The position numbers were made by a program, and so were the translations under genes. The notes under the pieces are model-generated. The model was given only the letters and a program-made list of their open reading frames with translations, ran no database searches and was not told where the DNA came from. Shown here piece by piece: positions 10,090 to 19,770 of a stretch of 64,000 nucleotides of DNA (its first letter is position 1; each line of letters opens with the position of its first letter). The DNA is taken from contig PNNC01000058.1 in NCBI GenBank assembly GCA_013824015.1, positions 5,341 through 69,340 on the forward strand. Direction: 5' to 3'. Origin of the DNA: Polaromonas sp. (GTDB taxonomy: Bacteria > Pseudomonadota > Gammaproteobacteria > Burkholderiales > Burkholderiaceae_C).

Positions 10090-10688
10090 GGGGCCAGCGG
10101 AGCGATGACCATGACCGATCGGTCCTTGTCCGTCTGCTCGATTTCGATGGTCTTGACCTCGGCGCGGCTGCCGCCGATGCGGATGCGCTGCACCACATCC
10201 AGCATCCTGGTTTCGACCGGGCGCAGTACCAGCGTCCAGCGCTCCTCGTTGCCCTCGAGATCGAGGTTGTAGATGCGCCTGAGCGCGGCAACATCACCGG
10301 CCAGCGTGCCGCGTATGCTTTCGGTGAAGGCCACCAGCTCGGGGTAGTCCTGCAGCCGCAGCGTCATGCGGCGCTTGTTGCGCTCCACCGTCAGCGTGCC
10401 GCTTTCAATCAACATCGATTCCGGCCGCGGCTTGAATGTGCGTTTTTCCAGCCGGTCGGGCGCGGTGTACAGCAGCTCACCCGAGGACTCGACCGGTTTG
10501 TCGAGCAGCGCAATGTATTTTTTCTCGACAAAACTGGCGCGGCCTGACTTGTTCTGTGCCAGGCCCTGCATCAGCTGCGTGATGTCCCAGGCGGCCATGG
10601 CCGGCGTGCCCAGCAGGGCCAGCAGCAAGCCGGCGCCGGCCAGCAGGCCAGAAAAGCGGGAGGACAGGGGGGGTCGTGCGTCATGCAT
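10086..10688 (-). CDS. LolA-like outer-membrane lipoprotein carrier family protein
   Basis: Signal peptide, FVEKKYIALLDKPVESSGELLY; start re-picked at ATG 10688. Confidence 0.8.
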   Translation of the reverse strand: MHDARPPLSSRFSGLLAGAGLLLALLGTPAMAAWDITQLMQGLAQNKSGRASFVEKKYIALLDKPVESSGELLYTAPDRLEKRTFKPRPESMLIESGTLTVERNKRRMTLRLQDYPELVAFTESIRGTLAGDVAALRRIYNLDLEGNEERWTLVLRPVETRMLDVVQRIRIGGSRAEVKTIEIEQTDKDRSVMVIAPLAP

Positions 10689-11640
10689 GGGGAGGTACCG
10701 GGTTGGCCTTCGGCGCGGGGCTGGCCGCCTGCCAGAAGTCGAAAAAATTGAACCAGTTGTAGGGCGCCGCGCGGCAGTGCGCATCGAGCAACTGGGCGTA
10801 ACGCGCCATCGCGGCCTGCACCGCGGCTTCGCGGGCACCGGCCGGTATCGTGGAAAAGTCGGCCAGCGTTTCGAAGTGGATATCGTAGCGGTTGCCGCCG
10901 CCATACAGGCCGACCATGAACAGCACCGGCCGGCGCAGGATGGCCGCCATGCGGAACGGGCCGACCGGAAACTCGGCCGGTTCACCGAGGAAAGGCGCGG
11001 GCCGGGTGCTGTCGTGGTTCAGGCAGCGGTCGGCCAGCATGCCGACCACGCTGCCGCCTTCAATCAGTTCATGCACCTTCAGCATGGAGTCGGCATGGCC
11101 CAGCGCCACAATGTCCTGCTGCGCCGCGGGATTGATCGCACTGAGGGCCGCATTGATCTTGCGGGCGTTTTCCTCGAACATCACCATCGCCACACGCATG
11201 CCCGGCCTGCGCCGCCCGATGGAGCGCAGCACTTCGAAGCTGCCCATGTGTGCACCCATCAGGAACACACCTTTCCTGTCGGCAGTCAGCTCCGCGATCA
11301 GGTGCTCCTGGTGGATATGGATGTCGAACAGGTTGAAGCGGTCGTTGATCAGGTAGACCCGGTCGTGCACGCAGGAGGCAAAACTCAGGAAGTGCCGGAA
11401 GATGTGGCGCCAGCCGACCCGCGGCAGGTCCAGCGCGCGCTGCAGGTAGGCGCGGGACGCGCGCCGCGCGGCAGCGTTGGCCAGCAGGAAATAGGCCGCA
11501 ATGCCATACAGCACGCAGCGGCCGGCGGCGCGGCCCAGGCGCAGCGATATCCAGGTCATGATCCGCAGCATCAGCATGTTGCTGCGTTCCGGCCGCTGCC
11601 GCCAGCTGGCCTGCGCAGGCCGTGTTTCAGCGTCGCTCAT
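10681..11640 (-). CDS. LpxL/LpxP-like acyltransferase (aryl polyene cluster)
   Basis: WRQRPERS N-terminus, GAHMGSFE, MLADR, PYNWFNFFDFW. Confidence 0.85.
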   Translation of the reverse strand: MSDAETRPAQASWRQRPERSNMLMLRIMTWISLRLGRAAGRCVLYGIAAYFLLANAAARRASRAYLQRALDLPRVGWRHIFRHFLSFASCVHDRVYLINDRFNLFDIHIHQEHLIAELTADRKGVFLMGAHMGSFEVLRSIGRRRPGMRVAMVMFEENARKINAALSAINPAAQQDIVALGHADSMLKVHELIEGGSVVGMLADRCLNHDSTRPAPFLGEPAEFPVGPFRMAAILRRPVLFMVGLYGGGNRYDIHFETLADFSTIPAGAREAAVQAAMARYAQLLDAHCRAAPYNWFNFFDFWQAASPAPKANPVPPHA

Positions 11641-11951
11641 GCCGGACCGGCGAAGCCAAGAACGCCGGTCGCCACCTGGCGGCCGGGACCGGCGATGCCA
11701 AACCGGACCTGCCCGGTGCCGCTCTCGCTCCAGGACAGCTGCAGGGTTTCGCCGGGGGCCACCGGGCTCAGGAACTTGGCGGACTGGACCTGGCAGGTGG
11801 GGGTGCTGACACCGCCCGCCGCCAGGGCCTGTTGCACTGCGTACACCGCCGCGTCCAGCAGCAGCACGCCCGGCACGATCGGCTGGCCCGGGAAGTGGCC
11901 GGCAAATGCCGGGTGGTCGGCGGCAAAGCCCAGGCTGGTTTCACCCTGCAT
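11637..11951 (-). CDS. FabA/FabZ-like dehydratase
   Basis: DHPAFAGHFPGQPIVPGVLLLD, KFLSPV; start re-picked at ATG 11951. Confidence 0.85.
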   Translation of the reverse strand: MQGETSLGFAADHPAFAGHFPGQPIVPGVLLLDAAVYAVQQALAAGGVSTPTCQVQSAKFLSPVAPGETLQLSWSESGTGQVRFGIAGPGRQVATGVLGFAGPA

Positions 11952-13335
11952 GTGGATGGCCTTTCTGGTGCGCCCGTGCCAGCGCCTCCAGCGCCTCACG
12001 CGGCAGCTTGCCGGTGCTGTTGCGCGGCAGCGCATCAAGCAGGACCAGCGGACGCGGCAGGAAGGTGGTGTCAATGCGTTTTTTCAGCGCCGCATGCAAC
12101 TCGGCCTGGGTCATCCCCGGTGCCACCGCAAACGCCATCAGGCGCACGACGGCCGCGTGGTCGCTGTCGTCGGGCATGAAAAAAGCGCCGTCCTGCACGC
12201 CCTCGATGCTGAGCAACTGGTGGTTCAGGTAGTCCAGCGAATTGCGTTTGCCGGCGATGTTGATCAGGTCGTTCAGTCGCCCATGCAGGAAAAATCGGTG
12301 GGCGTCGATCGGTTCGAGCACGTCGTTCATCGGCACGACCCGCTCGACATGGCCGCCGCAGGCCCACATGCGCTCGTCGTGCGGCGTCAGCGTGACCAGC
12401 GGAAACAACTCCCACTGGTCGGTTTGTGCGCTGCGCCGTGACGCAATCTGCCCGGTTTCGGTGGAGCCGTAGATCTCGAACAGGGGGGCGGCAAACCGCG
12501 ACTCGCACTGCCGCGCCAGCGCCGGCAGCATCGGCGCGGTGGCCGATACCACCAGGTCCAGCGCCGGCAGCTCGACACCCGACGACAGCAGCACCCGCAA
12601 GTGCACCGGTGTGGTCACCAGCACCCGCGGCCGCGGCGCGGACTGCAGCGCGCTGACAATATCGGCCGGGTAAAAGGGCTGGCCGGCGTGGACGGCCGCG
12701 CCGCTTTGCAAGGGCATCAGCACCGTCGATTCAAAGCCGAACATGTGTTGCGGCGGCACCGTGCCCACTGCGCTGTAGGGCCGGTTTTTGCCGGGTTCCG
12801 TCGACGGCGCCAGGCCCAGCCGCTGGGCCTCGGCGCGCGCGCTGTGCACCAGCGACCCCCAGGTTTTGCGGTGCGGCTGCGGCAGGCCGGTGGAGCCCGA
12901 GGTGAACACATCGGCCACCGGCTGGTTGCCCGGGATCAACGGGATGTCGAAGGCTTCAGTGGGGTCCGCATCGGCGTCGGCCGGCGCGGACGCAAACGCG
13001 TCCTGGTAGACAAAACCGGGCAGGTCGATCGCGTGGGGTGCATCGGCCAGGCAAAAAACGTCGGGCGCCAGCACCTGCAACTGCCGGATCATTTCCGGCG
13101 TGTGGGTGGGTGGCAGCAGGCTGATTTTTCGCGTCAGCAGCGCCGCGCCCAGGCCGACGGTGAAATGGTAGCGGTCGCTGCAGGCATTGAGCATGTGGTG
13201 GCCGGCGGGCAAGGCCGCAGCCAGGTGCCGCACGTCGGCAAGGTAGCGGCGCACGGTGATGCTTTCGCCGTAACGGCGGGCCACGACATCGTCGCCGCGC
13301 TCGTGGGAAACCAGGGCATAGTGGGTAACAGGCAT
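11941..13335 (-). CDS. AMP-dependent ligase (XanA2-like aryl-acid starter ligase)
   Basis: FTSGSTGLP, YGSTETG, LPRNSTGK; start re-picked at ATG 13335. Confidence 0.88.
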   Translation of the reverse strand: MPVTHYALVSHERGDDVVARRYGESITVRRYLADVRHLAAALPAGHHMLNACSDRYHFTVGLGAALLTRKISLLPPTHTPEMIRQLQVLAPDVFCLADAPHAIDLPGFVYQDAFASAPADADADPTEAFDIPLIPGNQPVADVFTSGSTGLPQPHRKTWGSLVHSARAEAQRLGLAPSTEPGKNRPYSAVGTVPPQHMFGFESTVLMPLQSGAAVHAGQPFYPADIVSALQSAPRPRVLVTTPVHLRVLLSSGVELPALDLVVSATAPMLPALARQCESRFAAPLFEIYGSTETGQIASRRSAQTDQWELFPLVTLTPHDERMWACGGHVERVVPMNDVLEPIDAHRFFLHGRLNDLINIAGKRNSLDYLNHQLLSIEGVQDGAFFMPDDSDHAAVVRLMAFAVAPGMTQAELHAALKKRIDTTFLPRPLVLLDALPRNSTGKLPREALEALARAHQKGHPHAG

Positions 13336-13342
13336 GGCGGGC

Positions 13343-14014
13343 TCAGGTGGGCGGTGGCGTGGCGCCCGTGCCGGCTTGCCGCCAGGCGCGTATCGCCTCC
13401 AGCGGGCCGGACCGGTCGGACGCGGGAAGCAGGACCACACGCGCGCCGTACTCTGCGGCAAACATCAGGATCAGCAGCGGCAGGTTCAGCAGGTTGGCAA
13501 ACACCGACCAGACCGTCACCGGCGCCAGCCAGAACAGCAGCAGCGACAGGCTGGTCATCAGCGCGAAATAAAGCGTCCAGGCCCAGGTCACCTGGCGGGT
13601 ATAACGTTCCAGCGCCGGTGACAGGCTGCCATGGATCACCGCCGCAAAACGCGACACCATGGGCACCTGGCCGGCGCGAAGGCTGCGGCCGAAGGCCAGC
13701 CCCAGCAGGCCCTGCATGCCGGCGTGCTGCAGCAGGAAGACCCAGTTGAAATGCTGCACCAGCCAGTGGCGCGATCCGTACAGGGCGGCGCACACGGCCA
13801 GACACAGCAGCAGCATCCAGAACCGGTGCACTGAGCGCCAGGCCAGCACGGCGCCCAGGGCCAGCGGCGGCGCCATGGCGACGGCGGCGTCGAAAAGATC
13901 AGGGTTGGGATCGGCTGCGGCGAAATGGGACAGCACCGAATAACCGATGCCCAAGCCGGCAATGGCTGCCCAGCGGATGCCGCGCAGCAGGTTTGCCGTC
14001 AAGCCCGGTTTCAC
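13343..14014 (-). CDS. Membrane protein typical of aryl polyene/xanthomonadin clusters
   Basis: Multiple TM helices, YTRQVTWAW, WSVFAN, FAAEY. Confidence 0.75.
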   Translation of the reverse strand: MKPGLTANLLRGIRWAAIAGLGIGYSVLSHFAAADPNPDLFDAAVAMAPPLALGAVLAWRSVHRFWMLLLCLAVCAALYGSRHWLVQHFNWVFLLQHAGMQGLLGLAFGRSLRAGQVPMVSRFAAVIHGSLSPALERYTRQVTWAWTLYFALMTSLSLLLFWLAPVTVWSVFANLLNLPLLILMFAAEYGARVVLLPASDRSGPLEAIRAWRQAGTGATPPPT

Positions 14015-14319
14015 TTCGTTCTTTGCAGCGCGATGTGGTTGCTCAGGCTGCGCAGCGACTGGAAGATCACGGTGTTGTCTTCATGGTCGGCGCGCAGTTG
14101 CAGGCCATACCGTTTGGAGACCACCAGCGCGATTTCGAGGATGTCGATCGAGTCCAGGCCCAGGCCGTCACCGTACAGCGGACCGTCGGGCTGGATGTCG
14201 GCGGCGGCGGTTTCGAGGTTGAGCGAAGAAACCACCAGCTCGGCGACTTCACGCATCAGCGCCGAGTCGGCGACCGCTGGCGTCGAGGTGGATGGGGAGG
14301 AGTCTGGCATCGTGGACAT
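14011..14319 (-). CDS. Acyl carrier protein
   Basis: GLGLDSIDILE phosphopantetheine Ser motif. Confidence 0.92.
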   Translation of the reverse strand: MSTMPDSSPSTSTPAVADSALMREVAELVVSSLNLETAAADIQPDGPLYGDGLGLDSIDILEIALVVSKRYGLQLRADHEDNTVIFQSLRSLSNHIALQRTK

Positions 14320-14540
14320 GAACGTTGTTTTTCAGGAATTTGGGGGGGGCCTGCAGGCTGCAGTCAGCCCCGGTGTCAGTGATGTTTTGATGGTAACTGA
14401 CAATGTTTATGTAAAGCGGTGCCTGTGTAGGCGCACAGCCCAGCGGCACGTCAGCGGCTGACGAAACAAGGTGTAAATAGTGCGCGCCGGCCGCGCGCGG
14501 GCCCAGCGCCAACCGTGTCCCGCCTGCCGTCGGAATGCGC

Positions 14541-14597
14541 ATCAAATGGCCAGCCGGCCCATGCCGGTTGTGCGCCGGAAGCTATGGTTTTGATAGC
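14541..14597 (-). repeat. Family-1 palindromic repeat, intergenic copy (downstream of suhB)
   Basis: aaatggcc..gcccatgccgg..gctatggttttgatagc; GCTAT-N7-ATAGC terminal palindrome. Confidence 0.75.
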
Positions 14598-14611
14598 GGA
14601 AACCGCGCCCC

Positions 14612-15607
14612 TCAAAAGGGCGCGTCCGGCGGGCTCCCGGGGGGGGTGGCCGCTGGCCGGACATCGCCGGCCTTGATGCGTTTGGACTTGAGGGTGGTTT
14701 TTTCCGGCGTCGGGGTCGCGGCCTCCGCGCCGGCCGGGGCGCTGCCATCCGCGGCGGCGTCCAGCGCCGCCTGGCGCACCGTGGCCTTGTCGCCGGCACC
14801 GGCGAACTTGCTGTACTTGCCCAGCGTGCCGACCAGCGCGCCATAGATGCGCGGGTTGCCGGCCACACATTCGCCGTGGTCCATGAAGTCGGCCTCGCCG
14901 GTGAAGTTGCCGATCAGGCCGCCGGCTTCGGTCACCAGGAGGGAGCCTGCCGCGACGTCCCAGGGCTTGAGGTTGGCTTCGAAGAAGCCGTCGCTGTAGC
15001 CGGCCGCCACATAGGCCAGGTCCAGCGCGGCGGCGCCGGGTCGGCGCACGCCGGCGGTCTGGCTCATGACGTCGCCGAGCATGTTCAGGTAGGTCTTGAG
15101 CTTGTCGCCGGGACGGTAGGGAAAGCCGGTCGAGATCAGGCACTCCTGCAGGCGGGTGCGTTTGGCCACGCGGATGCGGCGGTCATTCTGGTAAGCGCCG
15201 CGGCCCTTGGTGGCGCAGAAGATGTCGTTGCGGGTCGGGTCGTAGACCACCGCCTGCTCGACCTTGCCCTTGACCGCCAGCGCGATGCTGACGCAATAAA
15301 CGGGGAAGCCGTGGATGAAGTTGGTGGTGCCGTCCAGCGGGTCGATGATCCACACGAAGTCGGAGTCTTTGGCGCCGTGTTCGCTGCCCGATTCCTCGGC
15401 CAGGATGCCGTGGCCGGGATAGGCGGTCAGCAGGGTTTCGATGATGGCGGCTTCGGCGGCCTGGTCGATTTCGGTGACGAAGTCGTTGGTCTGCTTGACC
15501 GAGACCCGGACCGATTCCACGTCAAGTGCGGCGCGGTTGATGATGGCGCCGGCGGCGCGCGCAGCCTTGATGGCCACATTGAGCATGGGGTGGAGATTGC
15601 TGGACAT
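14612..15607 (-). CDS. suhB: Inositol monophosphatase family protein
   Basis: [19 protein letters not shown]; Ala/Pro-rich C-terminal tail. Confidence 0.93.
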   Translation of the reverse strand: MSSNLHPMLNVAIKAARAAGAIINRAALDVESVRVSVKQTNDFVTEIDQAAEAAIIETLLTAYPGHGILAEESGSEHGAKDSDFVWIIDPLDGTTNFIHGFPVYCVSIALAVKGKVEQAVVYDPTRNDIFCATKGRGAYQNDRRIRVAKRTRLQECLISTGFPYRPGDKLKTYLNMLGDVMSQTAGVRRPGAAALDLAYVAAGYSDGFFEANLKPWDVAAGSLLVTEAGGLIGNFTGEADFMDHGECVAGNPRIYGALVGTLGKYSKFAGAGDKATVRQAALDAAADGSAPAGAEAATPTPEKTTLKSKRIKAGDVRPAATPPGSPPDAPF

Positions 15608-15706
15608 ATAGGACTAAGAAAGAGCACAAGGGCTGCGGGCCGGTAACCGGGGCAGGCGACAATAACGCCATTTTACCGGCTCGCACGGCTGCTTCCCCTT
15701 TTATCC

Positions 15707-16612
15707 ATGAAAACGCGCTTTGTCCTGATCAACACCAGCCATGCCGGCAATGTCGGCGCCACCGCGCGGGCCATGAAAGTGATGGGTTTTGGCGACCTGG
15801 TGCTGGTGGCGCCGCGCTGGGCCAATGTGCTTCGGCGTGAGGAAACCATACAGCGCGCCAGCGGTGCGCTGGACGTGCTGAACAAGGCCCGCATCGTGGC
15901 CACGCTGGACGAGGCGCTGGACGGCATGACGCACCTGTGCGCCACCGCGATGACGCCGCGTGACTTCGGCCCGCCGACACGTGCGCCGCGCGAGCATTTC
16001 GCGGCGCTGCTGGCGAACCCGGGTCTGCTATCAAAAAAAGAGCTGTCGGCCCATGCCGGACATGGGCTGGAGGCCGATTTGGCTTCAAAACCCGAGGGTG
16101 TGGCGTTTTTGTTCGGGTCGGAACGTTTTGGCATGCAGAACGAGGACGTCTACCGCTGCCATGTGGCGCTGAGCATCCCGACCGACCCGGCCTTCGGCTC
16201 GCTGAACCTCGCGGCGGCGGTGCAGCTGATTGCCTACGACTGGCGCCAGGCGCTCGGCGGTTTTGCGGTGCAGCCGGCGACGGCCGAGCCGCAGCTGGCC
16301 GACGCGGCCGCGGTGGCCGGCATGCTGGGGCACTGGGAGCAGGCGCTGGCCGAGATCGGCTTTCTGGATCCGGCTTCGCCGAAAAAACTGATGCCGCGGC
16401 TGAACCAGCTGTTCAACCGCGCCGGACTGAGCCCCGAGGAAATCCACATCCTGCGCGGGATTGCCAAGGCCATGTCGCAGGCGGCGGCCGCGCCGGAGCG
16501 CAGGGCCGCCCCAAGCGAGGCGAGCCCCCTCGGGGGGCAGCGAAGTACAGGCACTGACGAGCGTGGGGGCTCCGAAACCAGCGCCCAAGCGCAGAGTTCG
16601 GCCGACAAGTAG
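15707..16612 (+). CDS. trmJ: tRNA (C/U32-2'-O)-methyltransferase TrmJ family, carrying two repeat-derived inserts
   Basis: GNVGATARAMK, FGSERFG, SLNLAAAV, EIHILRGI; suhB-trmJ-cysE synteny. Confidence 0.9.
   Translation: MKTRFVLINTSHAGNVGATARAMKVMGFGDLVLVAPRWANVLRREETIQRASGALDVLNKARIVATLDEALDGMTHLCATAMTPRDFGPPTRAPREHFAALLANPGLLSKKELSAHAGHGLEADLASKPEGVAFLFGSERFGMQNEDVYRCHVALSIPTDPAFGSLNLAAAVQLIAYDWRQALGGFAVQPATAEPQLADAAAVAGMLGHWEQALAEIGFLDPASPKKLMPRLNQLFNRAGLSPEEIHILRGIAKAMSQAAAAPERRAAPSEASPLGGQRSTGTDERGGSETSAQAQSSADK
16026..16090 (+). repeat. Family-1 palindromic repeat inside trmJ
   Basis: tgctatcaaaaaaagagc..gcccatgccggacatgggctggaggccgatttgg. Confidence 0.85.
16503..16570 (+). repeat. Family-2 repeat inside 3' end of trmJ
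   Basis: gggccgccccaag..ccccctcggggggcagcg..gagcgtgggggc matches the 19700 copy. Confidence 0.8.
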
Positions 16613-16621
16613 ACTCGGGCC

Positions 16622-17398
16622 ATGTTTTCCCGCCTCCGCTCCGACATCCAGTGCATCCTCGACCGCGACCCGGCCGCGCGCAGCGGCTGGGAAGTGCTGA
16701 CCTGTTACCCCGGCCTGCATGCCATCCTGCTGCACCGGCTGGCGCATGCCTGCTGGACCGGCGGCTTCAAGTGGCTGGGGCGCTTCATCTCGCACATCGC
16801 GCGCTGGCTGACCGGCATCGAGATCCATCCCGGCGCCATCATCGGCGAGCGCGTGTTTTTCGACCATGCCATGGGCGTGGTGGTCGGTGAAACGGCCGAG
16901 ATCGGCGACGGCTGCACGATTTACCAGGGCGTGACCCTGGGCGGCACCTCGCTCTACAAAGGCACCAAGCGCCACCCGACGCTGGGCAAAAACGTGGTGG
17001 TCAGCGCCGGCGCCAAGGTGCTGGGTGGCTTCGAGGTCGGCGACGGCGCCAAGATCGGCAGCAACGCGGTGGTGATCAAGCCGGTGCCCGCCGGCGCCAC
17101 CGCGGTCGGCATCCCGGCCCGCATCATCCCGTCCAAAACCGGCGAAAGCGCCGACGTGACCCCGGCGCAGAGCAAGTTCTCGGCCTATGGCATCACGCTG
17201 GACGACGACCCGGTGTCGCAGGCCATGAAAGGCCTGATCGACAACGCCTCCTCGCAGGAACACCAGATCGCGCTGCTCTGGCAGGCGATCGAAAAACTAT
17301 CAGGCAGCGGCCACACCCATCGCGACTGCGTGCCCGACGATGCGGCCCGGCAGGAGACGTTTGAGGCTGACAAGCTCAACCAGTTGATGGGGAAGTAA
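16622..17398 (+). CDS. cysE: Serine O-acetyltransferase
   Basis: [23 protein letters not shown] hexapeptide repeats. Confidence 0.95.
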   Translation: MFSRLRSDIQCILDRDPAARSGWEVLTCYPGLHAILLHRLAHACWTGGFKWLGRFISHIARWLTGIEIHPGAIIGERVFFDHAMGVVVGETAEIGDGCTIYQGVTLGGTSLYKGTKRHPTLGKNVVVSAGAKVLGGFEVGDGAKIGSNAVVIKPVPAGATAVGIPARIIPSKTGESADVTPAQSKFSAYGITLDDDPVSQAMKGLIDNASSQEHQIALLWQAIEKLSGSGHTHRDCVPDDAARQETFEADKLNQLMGK

Positions 17399-17419
17399 CT
17401 TCGGGCGCTTGTTGTTGCA

Positions 17420-17895
17420 AAGCATCCCGGACTGGATCCGGGTTCCAGTTGACTTCTTCGTGCTTTGAGGTCTGCCCGCACCTGTTGGCCGGGGGTTGCC
17501 CGGCGGCAACTCACTTTCTTTTGCGTCGCCAAAAGAAAGTAAGCAAAGAAAAAGCGACCCGATGGTCTGGGTCCCCTGCGCTGCGCTTCGGGGCAACCTG
17601 TGGTGCTCGCCGAAAACGGGGTCGAGCTCGAACTCGCCTTCGGCTCAGACAATCGCTCGCCCTGATCCGTTTTCAGCTCCGCTCCTCGGCCCAGCCCGAC
17701 GGGTGGGGGAGAAAAAGGCAGAAGACAAATACCAATACGGAACTCAAATCCGGAGTCCTTGAAGCGCAAAGCGCTTCAAGGACGGGAATCCCCACAGACC
17801 ATCATGTTTGCACGCGAGCGCAGCGCACGCGGCCAAATGAGGCTCCCTTCTCTCGCCCAGCGGGGCGAGGGAAGGGCGGGGGGTTGGGAGTGGGG
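17420..17895. repeat. Composite intergenic region of stacked hairpins / REP- or MITE-like elements
   Basis: Stems at 17495-17510, 17513-17540 (11 bp perfect), 17612-17674, 17755-17783 (13 bp perfect), 17845-17876. Confidence 0.65.
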
Positions 17896-17946
17896 AGTCA
17901 GACCCTGCGAAACCGGGCGGGCCAGGACGCAGCGTGTGAGGTGCGG

Positions 17947-18966
17947 CTAGACAGACGCCCAAAAAACCGCAAACCATTCTTTGGGATCGGTCCAGTAATT
18001 GATCTGCGTGAAGCCGGCCTGCCGCAGCAGGGCCGACATCGACGCCAGCGTGTACTTGTAGGAGCTTTCGGTGTGGATGCGTTCGCCGCCGCGGAAGTTG
18101 CGTTCGCCGCCGGGCCAGCGCACCGTCAGGTTTTTTTGCGCCTGCAGGTGCATCTCGATGCGCGATTCGGCCTCATTGAACAGCGCCAGGTGCCGCCACT
18201 GGCGCTCGTCGAAGTCCGACCCGAGCAGGCGGTTGACATGGCGCAGCAGGTTTTTGTTGAAGGCCGCGGTCACGCCCAGCGCATCGTCGTAGGCTGCCTC
18301 CAGCGTGGCCTTGTCCTTGACCAGGTCGATGCCCAGCAGCAGGCCGCGCGCGCCGCCCTGGGCCGGTTCGGTGATGCGCTGCAAAAACGCCAGCGCCTGG
18401 TCCGGCGAAAAGTTGCCGAGGCTGGAGCCCGGATAGAAATACACCCGGTCGCCGGCCTGCACCTCGGGCGGCAGCTGCAGCCCGGCTGAAAAATCCATGC
18501 CGACACCGACAATGTCCAGCGCAGGAAAGGTCGCCTGCACCTGTTCAGCCGCATCGCGCAGGAAGTCCACCGAGATGTCCACCGGCACATATTGCTGCGG
18601 TTGCAGGTGCGGAATCAGGCTGCTGGCCTTGGCACAGTTGCCGGCCCCCAGGTCAATCAGGCAGGGGCGGCGAATGCCGGCGCTGGCCAGCGCGCTGGCC
18701 ATCTGTGCATGGGCGGCCTCGAAAATGCCGGCCTCGGTGCGGGTCGGGTAGTACTCGTCGAGCCGGGTGATGGCTTCAAACAGCTTGGAGCCGGGCGCGT
18801 CGTAAAAATACTTGGGCGAGACGCTGGCGGCGACCTCGTTCAGGCCGTCGGCGAGCTCCTGCGCGGCGCTGCGCGGCAGCCCGCCCGGCGTTTCGCTGTA
18901 GCGGTCGATGAACCGGGGGGAGGCGGGCGCCAGCGCCAGGCCGGGGAGCTTGAGGGGTAAATTCAA
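17947..18966 (-). CDS. egtD: L-histidine N(alpha)-methyltransferase (ergothioneine)
   Basis: PKYFYD, EYYPTRTE, DLGAG, AYDDALGVTAAFNKN, RIEMHL, IHTESSYKY; start uncertain (TTG 18966). Confidence 0.92.
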   Translation of the reverse strand: MNLPLKLPGLALAPASPRFIDRYSETPGGLPRSAAQELADGLNEVAASVSPKYFYDAPGSKLFEAITRLDEYYPTRTEAGIFEAAHAQMASALASAGIRRPCLIDLGAGNCAKASSLIPHLQPQQYVPVDISVDFLRDAAEQVQATFPALDIVGVGMDFSAGLQLPPEVQAGDRVYFYPGSSLGNFSPDQALAFLQRITEPAQGGARGLLLGIDLVKDKATLEAAYDDALGVTAAFNKNLLRHVNRLLGSDFDERQWRHLALFNEAESRIEMHLQAQKNLTVRWPGGERNFRGGERIHTESSYKYTLASMSALLRQAGFTQINYWTDPKEWFAVFWASV

Positions 18967-19122
18967 AATGAATGCTTCAAAAGGGATGGGTGACTGTAAA
19001 AGAAACCGCTTGCCCGTGGGTGTAGGACTGTTTCGCTTTGGGCCAACTCGCCTGTGGCCCCCTGGGGACAAAGACCCGCGCCTGCTGCGGCGACGCCCTC
19101 CCTGCTAAGCTTGGTCGCAAGC

Positions 19123-19674
19123 ATGGCCTCATTCTTTCATCCGTTTCCAGCCCGTCGCCACCTGCTGCAGGGCGCCGTGGCGGCTGCAGGCGCTGCGCTG
19201 CTGGGCCGCCCGGTGCAGGCGGCGCCGGAACCCGCCTACACCGTCTCGGCCTGGCAGGGGTCCACCCCGCCGTTGCAGGCGCTGGACACCCAGGGCAAGA
19301 GCTGGCGTCTGGACACGCTCAGGGGCCGGGCGGTGCTGGTCAATTTCTGGGCCAGCTGGTGCGAGCCCTGCCGCGCCGAGATGCCGACGCTGCAGCAGAT
19401 CGCCGACCTGTATGGCCCCGACCGGCTGCTGGTGCTGGCGCTGAACTTCAAGGAACACCCGAACCGGGCCATTCAGTTTGCGTCGGCCACCGGGCTGAGC
19501 CTGCCGGTGCTGCTCGATCCCCAGGGCCAGACGGCCCGGGCCTGGGGCGTCAAGGTGTTTCCGACCACGGTGCTGATCGACCGCCAGGGCCGCGCGCGCC
19601 AGCGCGTGCAGGGCGAGGTGGACTGGACCGGCGCGCCCGCCGCCCGGATGATTGACGTGCTGCTGAAAAGTTGA
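19123..19674 (+). CDS. TlpA-family thiol:disulfide oxidoreductase with twin-Arg-like leader
   Basis: NFWASWCEPCRAEMP, FPTT; ARRHLL followed by Ala-rich hydrophobic stretch. Confidence 0.88.
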   Translation: MASFFHPFPARRHLLQGAVAAAGAALLGRPVQAAPEPAYTVSAWQGSTPPLQALDTQGKSWRLDTLRGRAVLVNFWASWCEPCRAEMPTLQQIADLYGPDRLLVLALNFKEHPNRAIQFASATGLSLPVLLDPQGQTARAWGVKVFPTTVLIDRQGRARQRVQGEVDWTGAPAARMIDVLLKS

Positions 19675-19699
19675 GCAAGTGCAGGGCTGTTTTTCCGCC

Positions 19700-19769
19700 G
19701 GGCCGCCCCAAGGAAAAATGCGCCCCTTCGGGGGGCAGAGAGCTACACGAAGTGAGCGAACGTGGGGGC
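19700..19769 (+). repeat. Family-2 intergenic repeat
   Basis: gggccgccccaagg..ccccttcggggggcag..gaacgtgggggc between convergent genes. Confidence 0.8.
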
Positions 19770-19770
19770 C

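Noticed and set aside
17185-18489. ORFs spanning the cysE-egtD spacer
   Set aside because: Read-through of repeat/hairpin DNA and antisense frames of cysE or egtD.
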